From Desulfobulbus sp. (GTDB lineage Bacteria > Desulfobacterota > Desulfobulbia > Desulfobulbales > Desulfobulbaceae), in assembly GCF_030824455.1 (NCBI RefSeq), contig NZ_JAVBXR010000004.1, forward strand, positions 1-32,000: a stretch of 32,000 nucleotides of DNA, in the 5' to 3' direction. Below are positions 7,398 through 15,705 of this stretch, piece after piece. The notes under the pieces were generated by a model. It did no database searches and was not told where the DNA came from. It worked only from the letters and a program-made list of their open reading frames with translations. The translations under genes and the position numbers were made by a program. Positions within the stretch are counted from its first letter, which is position 1; the number at the start of each line of letters is the position of its first letter.

Positions 7398-7425
7398 GGG
7401 ATTCTTGGGACAGGGTAGGGAATAC
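7398..7425 (+). repeat. 28-nt spacer motif, copy 5 (GGGATTCTTGGGACAGGGTAGGGAATAC)
   Basis: It is the closest relative of copy 1. The right half seen after copy 1 (GTATCCC...GGTTATGC) is absent, because the integrase gene's 3' end begins at 7494. Confidence 0.5.
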
Positions 7426-7493
7426 GGAATTATGTTGGTCTGTTTGGCACCGGCAGTCAAATCGTGACAGAGACCATGGCGGCAAGGGGCGAG

Positions 7494-8594
7494 TCACCCT
7501 TTGCCGGTAATCTTGCCTGCGATGTCCTCGGCGACGCACATGGCGGCGTCATCCATAAGATGCGCATATCGGCTTGTTGTGCCGGCGTCTCTATGGCCGA
7601 GCAATTCCCCGATTTGAGACAGGTTGTATCCTGAACTAATTGCAATTGAAGCGAAGGAATGCCGCAGATCGTGCAATCTTAAGTCGGGACAACCCGCTTT
7701 TTTTCTCACTGTGTCCCATAATTTTCTGGGGGAGGAAATCCCGATTATTAATTCCTCGTTGCCGGTGTTCGGAAGGCCTTCTATGATTTCCATGGCCAAC
7801 TTCGGCAAGTGAATAACTCTGTCTTCGCCGGTGTGGTCTGTTTTGTGATTGCGAAGGATAAGTTTGCTCTCGTGCAAATCGCACCATCTGGCGCCTGCTA
7901 TTTCACCTCGTCTTGCTCCTGTGAGGATCAGCAGCATGATGAACGCCCACGAATCAGGATATTGCTCTTTTTTCTCCAAGAGGAGCCGGATGACGTTGTT
8001 CCGTTCGTCTTCCGACATATAGCGGCGGCGTTTTTCCTCTTTGAATCTCGGGACGTATTTGCAGGGATCTGAGCCCAGGGGCCGAAATTTCCATTTCTCG
8101 CATAGATTGAAAAACTTTGCGAGCATCGACAACACCCGATTTGCTTGATAGGGGGATTCTTTTAAGCCCTGGTGAAGCTTATAGAGGTTGTTGTAGTCAA
8201 CTTCTGTTATCGAGAGCGACTTGAACCAGGACGGGACGCTTGCGCGATACATCCTTTCATCTTCTTTGCCGGTCTTTTTTTGGCCGGCATGTTCAAAAAT
8301 ATATCTCGGCCAAACTTCATCGACGGTAAGGGCAGGGCGCTTTTGTTCGCGTTCTGCAATCGGATCAATGCCGGCAGCCACCTGCAAAAGCATGTCCCGT
8401 GCTATTTTTCGCGCTTGGTCCAAGGTGATGGTGGGGAAGTCGCCTAACTTCGGACGGCGTTCTTTGCCCATCTTGGTTCTGAAGTAGAGATAGAAGGATT
8501 TCCTTTTTTCAAAGGCCCTTAGGTGCAGGCCGGGCACCTGAATGTCACGTAAAGTGTCCCCCGGCTGAGCGGATTTTATTTTTGTGTGGTTCAT
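7494..8594 (-). CDS. int: tyrosine site-specific integrase, P4-like (DUF4102 arm-binding N-terminus)
   Basis: I chose the ATG at 8594 (MNHTKIK...). The N-terminus LRDIQVPGLHLRAFEKRKSFYLYFRTKMGKERRPKLGDFPTITLDQARKIA is P4-type. Catalytic residues are LTGARRGE, HDLRHSFAS and LLGHRDAGTTSRYAH. Confidence 0.9.
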   Translation of the reverse strand: MNHTKIKSAQPGDTLRDIQVPGLHLRAFEKRKSFYLYFRTKMGKERRPKLGDFPTITLDQARKIARDMLLQVAAGIDPIAEREQKRPALTVDEVWPRYIFEHAGQKKTGKEDERMYRASVPSWFKSLSITEVDYNNLYKLHQGLKESPYQANRVLSMLAKFFNLCEKWKFRPLGSDPCKYVPRFKEEKRRRYMSEDERNNVIRLLLEKKEQYPDSWAFIMLLILTGARRGEIAGARWCDLHESKLILRNHKTDHTGEDRVIHLPKLAMEIIEGLPNTGNEELIIGISSPRKLWDTVRKKAGCPDLRLHDLRHSFASIAISSGYNLSQIGELLGHRDAGTTSRYAHLMDDAAMCVAEDIAGKITGKG

Positions 8595-8713
8595 ATTTCG
8601 CTGGTCGCATATAGGTCGCAATGGAGAGCTAAATCTGTGCAACGGTCTACAGCGAAAATCGTTTAAAAGCAACTAGATTACAGCGTAAGCCATAGAGGGA
8701 AAAGTGGTATAAA

Positions 8714-8762
8714 CTGAATGGGGTTCAGGGGGCCGGAGGTTCAAATCCTCTCATTCCGACCA
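8714..8762 (+). tRNA. 3' half of tRNA-Pro(GGG), covering the anticodon arm to CCA; the 5' half is absent (att-site remnant)
   Basis: The anticodon arm is CTGA-AT GGG GT-TCAG, with U33 and G37. The T arm is GGAGG-TTCAAAT-CCTCT, followed by the acceptor 3' strand CATTCCG, then A, then CCA. The expected 5' acceptor CGGAATG and a D arm cannot be formed from 8687-8713. The 3' end closely resembles E. coli proL as I recall it. Confidence 0.6.
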
Positions 8763-8771
8763 GTAAAATCA

Positions 8772-8811
8772 AGGGGTTAGGTGCTTTTTTAAGCGTCTAG
8801 CCCCTTTTTTT
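8772..8811 (+). terminator. rho-independent terminator
   Basis: A 13-bp stem, AGGGGTTAGGTGC/GCGTCTAGCCCCT (three G-U pairs), closes an 8-nt loop and is followed by T7. It begins 10 nt after the tRNA CCA. Confidence 0.6.
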
Positions 8812-8905
8812 ATGCCTACCCCTGTGTTTTCAATGGTTATAGCCGATATCTGTGCATAACATGCCGTTTTAACGATTCATTTTTTCAAGTTGCACTCATT
8901 TTTAA

Positions 8906-8964
8906 TCGTTGTATATCGTTGGTTGTCGTTTCCTGTGAACGGAAATTTACACTCAAATTTACAC
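8906..8964 (+). promoter_or_regulatory. phased direct repeats upstream of the integrase (candidate arm-type or promoter sites)
   Basis: TCGTT occurs at 8906, 8916 and 8926, an exact 10-bp phasing. A tandem AAATTTACAC lies at 8943-8952 and 8955-8964. Confidence 0.35.
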
Positions 8965-8974
8965 ACGAAAAACG

Positions 8975-10018
8975 ATGGCAACGATTACGAGGATCGATAG
9001 AAAATACGGACCTGTGTTTCGCGCAGCAATTTGCGTCAAGGGAAGACGGGAAACCGCGACATTTGACAGCAAAGCAAAAGCCATGACCTGGGCCGAGGAG
9101 ACAGAAGCGCTCCTTCGTTCAGGCCAACCATTACCCGGTGAACTGCCCGCCAATGACATGCGGTTCAATGAGGCGGTAGAAAAATATACCATGGCGGTTG
9201 CGCCGAGGAAAAAACGCAACACTCAAAGACTGGATCAGGAGATCGGTGGCCGGCTCATTCGCTACTTTGAAGGCAAGTCCTTACAGACCATCACCTCAAA
9301 AGATATTGCTGCCTATCGGGATTATCGGTTGCAGCAAGTAGGCCCCAGCTCGGTTATTCAGGATTTATCCTTTCTGTCCTGCATGTATCGCATGGCCAGG
9401 ATTGAGTGGGGACTGGATGTAAATGATCCGGGCGCTGAAATTCGACGCCCCTCTGCTCCCAAAAACAGACTCTCCTTGCTCACCCCGAAGCAAATCGACA
9501 CCCTGCTCGACTATTGCTGCGTTTCAAAATCCGAGAAACTCTACTGCTACGTCCTCCTGCTCCTGCACACGGCCATGCGCCCTTCTGAAGGCGCGGGCTT
9601 GCGTTGGGACCAGGTATTGATTGGACAAGGAATGATTGATCTCACAGAGACCAAAACGGACCCAAGACGCGTTCCGATGACGAGAACCATTAGGAAGATG
9701 TTCGAAGGGATGAGGATAGCAGGGGAGGACGAAAATGGCTTCGTATTCCTGCCACCTGGTAAAGATTACCGTGATCAGCCCCACCGTTATTTTCGGCGCT
9801 CCTTTGACAACGCCTGCCGATATGCGGGGATCTGTAATTTTACCCTCTACGGCTTGCGTCATTCGGCGGCAAGCTATTTGATCATGAACGGGGTAGACAT
9901 TCGAACCGTTGCCGAAATTATGGGGCACCGAAACATCAGCCAGACCATGAAATACACCCATTTCCTGGATGACCATAAGCTGAGCGCTATCGGAGCTATT
10001 GATAAGCTGGGGCGGTAA
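8975..10018 (+). CDS. int: tyrosine site-specific integrase
   Basis: This 347 aa ORF carries the catalytic residues HTAMRPSEG, LYGLRHSAAS and IMGHRNISQTMKYTH. It starts 213 bp downstream of the tRNA-Pro 3' end and reads away from it. Confidence 0.9.
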   Translation: MATITRIDRKYGPVFRAAICVKGRRETATFDSKAKAMTWAEETEALLRSGQPLPGELPANDMRFNEAVEKYTMAVAPRKKRNTQRLDQEIGGRLIRYFEGKSLQTITSKDIAAYRDYRLQQVGPSSVIQDLSFLSCMYRMARIEWGLDVNDPGAEIRRPSAPKNRLSLLTPKQIDTLLDYCCVSKSEKLYCYVLLLLHTAMRPSEGAGLRWDQVLIGQGMIDLTETKTDPRRVPMTRTIRKMFEGMRIAGEDENGFVFLPPGKDYRDQPHRYFRRSFDNACRYAGICNFTLYGLRHSAASYLIMNGVDIRTVAEIMGHRNISQTMKYTHFLDDHKLSAIGAIDKLGR

Positions 10019-10370
10019 AAAATAGCTAACGCACATCTTCTAAGGCCGTGTGTTTCAGAATTTGAGTTGTTAAGCCGATCTTAATAACTTCACCCTTTGG
10101 GCACTATTCTCGGATAAAGCAGTGCAATGCACGCATTTGCCATGGTGAGATTCAAGGTAGAAAGCGAACGCAGGACGCAATTTTGCTGGATGACTACTCC
10201 GGCTCATGGACCTTGATGGCAAGTTGAACTGTCGTAAAAGAATTATAACAGCGAAGGAGAAAGGAGGAGTTATTGATTAAAGCATCATTGTCTTGTATGA
10301 AAAACAGATAGTTATCAAGATGCTTGCCTGCTGTTCGAATTAGTTGCGTGCCAAGCCATGAGGATGGTTC

Positions 10371-12836
10371 ATGATGAAAGAACAACTCTCCGAACGCGAC
10401 ATTTGCACCAAATACATCACTCCGGCGATCCAAAAGGCGGGTTGGCAGCTGCTTCAATTTCGCGAAGAGGTAAAACTGACCGCCGGCCGGGTCATGGTTC
10501 GCGGTACCCTCGCCGCACGCATCCGCGATCCACAAGCCAAGGGTGGCCCTAAACGGGCTGATTATGTGCTCTATGCCCGCCCCAACCTTCCCCTTGTCGT
10601 TATCGAGGCCAAACAGGCCAAGTTCTCCGTTGGCCAGGGCATGCCGCAGGCCTTGCTCTATGCCGAAATGCTTGATGCCCCTTTTGCCGTCAGCAGCAAT
10701 GGACAGGGATTTCTCCTCCACGACCGCACCGGCCTGACCCAACCCGTTGAACGTACCCTTGCCCTTGATGCCTTCCCCGCCTTGGAGGAACTCTGGACTC
10801 TCTACCAGCAATGGAAGGGGCTCCACGATCCCCAAGCCGTCCGTTTGCTTGATCAACCATATCACACCGACGGCAGTGGCCGGGAGGCGCGCTATTACCA
10901 GCGGGTGGCCATCAACCGGGCCATTGAGGCCATCAGCCTGGGACGCAATCGAATGCTATTGGTCATGGCCACCGGCACCGGCAAGACCTACACCGCCTTC
11001 CAGATTATTTGGCGGCTATGGAAAGCCAAGGTCAAGCAACGTATCCTCTTTCTCGCCGACCGTAACATCCTGGTCGATCAGACCATGCAGCAGGACTTTG
11101 CCCCCTTTGGTGAGGTCATGCATAAAATCACCAACCGTGAGGTCAAAAAGAACTACGAGATTTACCTAGCCCTGTACCAGGCAGTGACCGGCAAAGAGGA
11201 ATGGAAACAGATTTACCGTCAGTTTCCGGCCGATTTTTTTGACTTGGTCGTGATTGATGAATGTCACCGGGGCAGCGCCACCGAGGATTCGGCTTGGCGG
11301 GATGTACTCGATTATTTTCACCAGGGAACCCACATCGGACTGACTGCCACGCCCAAAGAAAATTCGCGACTTGATCGGGAAAAACACACCCGGGTGATTG
11401 AAGATCCGGAGTTCAATTACAAGTATTTCGGCGAGCCGATCTACACCTATTCGCTCAAACAGGGCATTGACGACGGTTTCCTCGCCCCGTACAAGGTGAT
11501 CCGCATCGCCACCGACGCCGATGCCATCGGCTACACCCCGGAGCAAGGCAAAGTCGACAAGCTGGGCCAGGTGGTGGAACAGCGTCTCTACAACACCAAG
11601 GACTTCGACCGCAACCTCGTCCTGGAGAAACGCACCCAACTGGTGGCCGCACGGGTGTGGGAGTACCTGAAACATACCGACCCCATGGCCAAGACCATCG
11701 TCTTCTGCGATGATCAGGACCATGCCGAACGCATGCGCCAGGAGTTGGTCAAGCTCATTCCCGCCGCTGCCAGCAACCGCCGGTACGTCATGCGCATCAC
11801 CAGTGACGATGCCGACGGCAAGGCCCAACTCTCCTACTTCATCGACAACGATGAACCCTATCCGGTCATTGCCACCACCTCCAAGTTGCTCAGCACCGGA
11901 GTGGACGCCAAAACCTGCAAGCTCATCGTCCTTGATCAAACTATCAACTCGATGACCGAGTTCAAGCAGATTATTGGCCGTGGCACCCGGATTCGTGAGG
12001 ATTACCGCAAGCTGTACTTCACCATCATGGATTTCAAGGGCGCCACCCGTCTCTTTGCCGACCCGGACTTTGATGGCGAACCGGTAACCGTCTATGAACC
12101 GCGTCCCGAAGACCCCGTTGTCCCCCCGGAACCAACCACCCCAACGGAAACCAGCGAGCCCTTACCGCCGGGGTATGAATCGGAATTTCCTCCCCAGGAT
12201 GAAGCCACCGGCGAAACCACCGAGGGTGGCCAGGGCCAGGTGAAGTATGTGATCGACGACGTGGCGGTTCGCATTGCCGTTGAACGCTCGCAATATCTCG
12301 ATGCGGACGGCAAACTCATCACCGAGGATTACCGCGTCCTGCTTAAAGACAGTATTCGTGCAACCCTGCGTGCCCAGTTCGGCAGCTTGAGTGGATTTTT
12401 GCAGCGTTGGCAAACGGCGGAGCGCAAGCAGGCCATCATCGATGAACTGACCGAACAGGGTTTGCCCCTGGATGTCCTCCAGCAGGCGGTGAACAATGGC
12501 CGGGAGCTGGATCTGTTTGACCTCGTGGCCCATGTCGCCTTTGATCAACAACCGCTGACCCGGCGCGAGCGCGCCAAACAGGTGAAAAAAAGAGACATCT
12601 TGAGTAAGTATGGCGAGCAGGCGCGGGCGGTGCTCGACGCCCTTTTGGAAAAATTCGCCGACCATGGCGTACAGGATATGGAAGACGCCAAGGTGCTTGA
12701 ACTTCCGCCCTTTGATCGTTTCGGCAGCAAAACCCAAATCCGGCGCGGCATCTTCGGCGGTGTGGAACATTACACCCAGGCCGTCAACGAGCTGGAACGA
12801 GCGCTCTACGATACCCACCAACAACACGCCGCCTAA
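10371..12836 (+). CDS. hsdR: type I restriction enzyme, R subunit
   Basis: The N-terminus ERDICTKYITPAIQKAGW is HsdR-like. Helicase motifs MATGTGKT and VIDECHRG are present. The C-terminus is EcoEI_R_C-like (LDALLEKFADHG...LELPPF). A GAGGATGG RBS precedes the start. Confidence 0.95.
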   Translation: MMKEQLSERDICTKYITPAIQKAGWQLLQFREEVKLTAGRVMVRGTLAARIRDPQAKGGPKRADYVLYARPNLPLVVIEAKQAKFSVGQGMPQALLYAEMLDAPFAVSSNGQGFLLHDRTGLTQPVERTLALDAFPALEELWTLYQQWKGLHDPQAVRLLDQPYHTDGSGREARYYQRVAINRAIEAISLGRNRMLLVMATGTGKTYTAFQIIWRLWKAKVKQRILFLADRNILVDQTMQQDFAPFGEVMHKITNREVKKNYEIYLALYQAVTGKEEWKQIYRQFPADFFDLVVIDECHRGSATEDSAWRDVLDYFHQGTHIGLTATPKENSRLDREKHTRVIEDPEFNYKYFGEPIYTYSLKQGIDDGFLAPYKVIRIATDADAIGYTPEQGKVDKLGQVVEQRLYNTKDFDRNLVLEKRTQLVAARVWEYLKHTDPMAKTIVFCDDQDHAERMRQELVKLIPAAASNRRYVMRITSDDADGKAQLSYFIDNDEPYPVIATTSKLLSTGVDAKTCKLIVLDQTINSMTEFKQIIGRGTRIREDYRKLYFTIMDFKGATRLFADPDFDGEPVTVYEPRPEDPVVPPEPTTPTETSEPLPPGYESEFPPQDEATGETTEGGQGQVKYVIDDVAVRIAVERSQYLDADGKLITEDYRVLLKDSIRATLRAQFGSLSGFLQRWQTAERKQAIIDELTEQGLPLDVLQQAVNNGRELDLFDLVAHVAFDQQPLTRRERAKQVKKRDILSKYGEQARAVLDALLEKFADHGVQDMEDAKVLELPPFDRFGSKTQIRRGIFGGVEHYTQAVNELERALYDTHQQHAA

Positions 12837-12874
12837 GCCTTTGGGCTGGGCGGATACAGCAAGAGAACAACGCA

Positions 12875-14668
12875 ATGAATCTCAGCAGTACCATCAAATC
12901 GATCCAGGACATCATGCGCAAGGACGACGGCGTTGATGGCGACGCCCAACGCTTGGGCCAGCTCACCTGGATGCTGTTTCTCAAGGTTTTCGACCAGCGC
13001 GAAGAAGAGTGGGAAGATGATGCTAAGGATCAGGGTAAGACGTACAAGTCCCCGCTGCCCGAGCGCTTCCGTTGGCGCAACTGGGCCAAATACCTGATTG
13101 ACGCCGAAGGGAAAAAGAAACCGCAGATTGCCGGCAGCGAGTTGATTGGCTTCGTCAACAACGAGCTCTTTCCAGCACTGAAAGAGCAGATCGATCCCAG
13201 CCAAAGCCCCTCGCACAAGGTCATTAAGCAGATCTTTGAAGACGCCAACAACTTCATGAAATCCGGCCCGCAGATGCTGGCGGTGATCGAGAAGCTGGAA
13301 GAGGCGATCAACTTCCACGATTTCAAGACCCGCGCCAGTCTGGGCGACGTCTACGAGCAGATGCTCAACGATCTGCGTGGCGCCGGCAACGCCGGCGAAT
13401 TTTACACCCCCCGCGCCATCACCGCCTTCATGGTCGACCGGGTCAATCCCAACCTGATAAAACATGAGAGCGTGCTCGACCCGGCCTGCGGCACCGGCGG
13501 CTTTCTCACCGCCGCCATCGATCATTTCCGCAACCAGCGCACCACCAAGTCCGGCCCCAAGGACCAGCGCGCCATTGAAGAGTTGATTCACGGCATTGAA
13601 AAGAAACAGTTGCCGCACCTGTTGTGCACCACCAACATGCTGCTCCATGGCATCGACGTGCCCAGTCAGATCGAGCATCGCAACACCCTCGGGCGGCCAT
13701 GGAACGACTGGGGGGCGAACGAAAAGGTCGACTGCCTAATCACCAACCCTCCTTTTGGCGGCTACGAAGACGACGGTGTGGGCAGCGACTACCCGGCAGA
13801 CCTCAGAACCCGCGAAACCGCCGACATGTTTATGGCGCTGATCATCAAAAAGCTGCTCAAGGAAAACGGTCGCGCCGCTGTGGTCCTGCCCGACGGTTTT
13901 CTCTTTGGCGACGGCATCAAAGGCACCTTGAAAAAGCTGCTGCTGCGCGAATGCAAGCTGCACACCATCGTCCGCCTGCCCAAAGGAGTGTTCGCCCCCT
14001 ACACCACCATCAAGACCAACCTGCTCTTTTTCACCAAAGGCGCGGTGATGGACGACGGCAACGAGCACTTCCACACCGACACCATCTGGTTCTACGAACA
14101 CCCCTACCCGGCGGGCTACAAGAGTTACTCCAAAACCAAGCCGATCCGCCTGGAAGAGTTCAAGCCCGAGCAGGAGTGGTGGGGCTCCGAGGACAACGAT
14201 TTTGCCGACCGGGTGGAAAACGAATTTGCCTGGAAGGTCGATTTCAAGGCCAAGCGCGAGCAGGCCGAGGCTGCCGCCGCCCCGCATTGGCAGCGTGCCG
14301 AGGAACTCGGCAACCAGGCCGCCGACTTGGAGAGCGAGGCAAAGGACTTAAAGAGCAGTCTGGTTGGCAATACCAATGCCAAGCAGCGCCTCAAGATTGA
14401 AATGCAGATCAGCGCCCTGCGTGAACAGGCCGATGCCCTGCGGTTGCAGGCCCGCGACGCCCAAGCAGCGGGCGACCGCATCTACTGGCCGATCTTCAAT
14501 CTGGACATCAAAAACCCCAACACGCCGGAAGAAGAGACCTTTGACCCTGACGTGCTGTTGGAGAAGTACAAAAAGCTGTTGGGTGAAATCGAAGAAACGG
14601 AAAACCAGCTTAAGAGCGAACTGGCCGCCGCATTGGCGCACCACTTCGGTGGCGAGGTGACTGAATAA
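12875..14668 (+). CDS. hsdM: type I R-M N6-adenine DNA methyltransferase, M subunit, with a long coiled-coil C-terminus
   Basis: The N-terminus IWSIQDIMR-like/DAQRLGQLTWMLFLK is HsdM-like. The AdoMet motif is LDPACGTGGFL and the catalytic motif is LITNPPFGG. Confidence 0.95.
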   Translation: MNLSSTIKSIQDIMRKDDGVDGDAQRLGQLTWMLFLKVFDQREEEWEDDAKDQGKTYKSPLPERFRWRNWAKYLIDAEGKKKPQIAGSELIGFVNNELFPALKEQIDPSQSPSHKVIKQIFEDANNFMKSGPQMLAVIEKLEEAINFHDFKTRASLGDVYEQMLNDLRGAGNAGEFYTPRAITAFMVDRVNPNLIKHESVLDPACGTGGFLTAAIDHFRNQRTTKSGPKDQRAIEELIHGIEKKQLPHLLCTTNMLLHGIDVPSQIEHRNTLGRPWNDWGANEKVDCLITNPPFGGYEDDGVGSDYPADLRTRETADMFMALIIKKLLKENGRAAVVLPDGFLFGDGIKGTLKKLLLRECKLHTIVRLPKGVFAPYTTIKTNLLFFTKGAVMDDGNEHFHTDTIWFYEHPYPAGYKSYSKTKPIRLEEFKPEQEWWGSEDNDFADRVENEFAWKVDFKAKREQAEAAAAPHWQRAEELGNQAADLESEAKDLKSSLVGNTNAKQRLKIEMQISALREQADALRLQARDAQAAGDRIYWPIFNLDIKNPNTPEEETFDPDVLLEKYKKLLGEIEETENQLKSELAAALAHHFGGEVTE

Positions 14669-15705
14669 TGGTGCCAGTTACCCCCCCAACACTGGTCAGT
14701 GATATTCGGCGCCTCATCGAGGCGAGTCGCTCGCAACTGGCCGGCGCCGTCAACAGTGCACTCACACAGCTGTACTGGCACATCGGCCAGCGCATCCACA
14801 GCGAGGTGCTGCAAGGCGAACGGGCCGAATACGGCGAGCAGGTTGTGGCCACATTGGCCCAGCAGTTAGAAGCCGACTACGGACGCGGTTTTTCCAGCAA
14901 AAATCTGCGCCACATGCTGCGCTTTGCGGAGAGCTTTCCGAGTTTGGAGATTGTCTCGGCACTGTCGAGACAATTGGCCTGGAGTCATTTTCTGGAAATC
15001 ATTTACCTGAAAGACCCCCTCAAACGAGATTTTTATGTGCACATGTGCGGGCAAGAGCGCTGGAGCGTGCGCACCCTGCGGGAGCGCATGGGCTCCATGC
15101 TCTTCGAGCGCACCGCACTGTCGCGCAAACCGGACGAACTGCTGGCGGGCGAACTCGCCACCCTGCGGGAACAGGGGGAACTCTCGCCGGCCTTGGTGCT
15201 CAAGGATCCCTACATCCTCGATTTTCTCGGCCTGCATGACCGCTATCTGGAAAAAGACCTGGAAGACGCGATTCTCCGTGAACTCGAACTGTTTTTGCTG
15301 GAGCTGGGCGCTGGTTTTACCTTCGTGGCCCGGCAAAAACGGATCCAGATCGATAACGACGACTTTTACATCGACCTCTTGTTCTACAACCGCCGGCTCA
15401 AACGGCTCGTTGCCATTGACTTGAAGCTGGGCGATTTCAAGGCCGCCGATAAAGGCCAGATGGAGCTGTACCTGCGCTGGCTTGCCAAATACGAGCAGGA
15501 ACCCGATGAAGCCCCGCCGTTGGGCATCATCCTTTGCAGCGGCAAGAAGCAGGAACAGATCGAATTACTGGAGTTAGGCCAGACCGGCATCCACGTAGCC
15601 GAGTACCTGACTGTCCTGCCGCCCAAGAAGGTGCTGCAACAGAAGCTGCACGAGGCCATTGCACGTTCCCGTCAACGGCTTGACAACCGTGGAGAGACCG
15701 CCTGA
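14668..15705 (+). CDS. DUF1016 (YhcG-like) PD-(D/E)xK nuclease-family protein
   Basis: NSALTQLYWHIGQRI...LSWSHFLEI-type N-terminus; C-terminal YIDLLFYNRRLKRLVAIDLKLGDF...GQMELYL supplies the D...(D/E)xK...Q/E motifs. The start shares one nucleotide with the hsdM stop (TAATG). Confidence 0.85.
   Translation: MVPVTPPTLVSDIRRLIEASRSQLAGAVNSALTQLYWHIGQRIHSEVLQGERAEYGEQVVATLAQQLEADYGRGFSSKNLRHMLRFAESFPSLEIVSALSRQLAWSHFLEIIYLKDPLKRDFYVHMCGQERWSVRTLRERMGSMLFERTALSRKPDELLAGELATLREQGELSPALVLKDPYILDFLGLHDRYLEKDLEDAILRELELFLLELGAGFTFVARQKRIQIDNDDFYIDLLFYNRRLKRLVAIDLKLGDFKAADKGQMELYLRWLAKYEQEPDEAPPLGIILCSGKKQEQIELLELGQTGIHVAEYLTVLPPKKVLQQKLHEAIARSRQRLDNRGETA

Noticed and set aside
8687-8762. A complete 76-nt tRNA-Pro gene.
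   Set aside because: The anticodon arm, T arm and 3' acceptor strand are fine. However, positions 8687-8713 (AAGCCATAGAGGGAAAAGTGGTATAAA) cannot form the CGGAATG acceptor strand or a D stem. I therefore called it a 3' half only.
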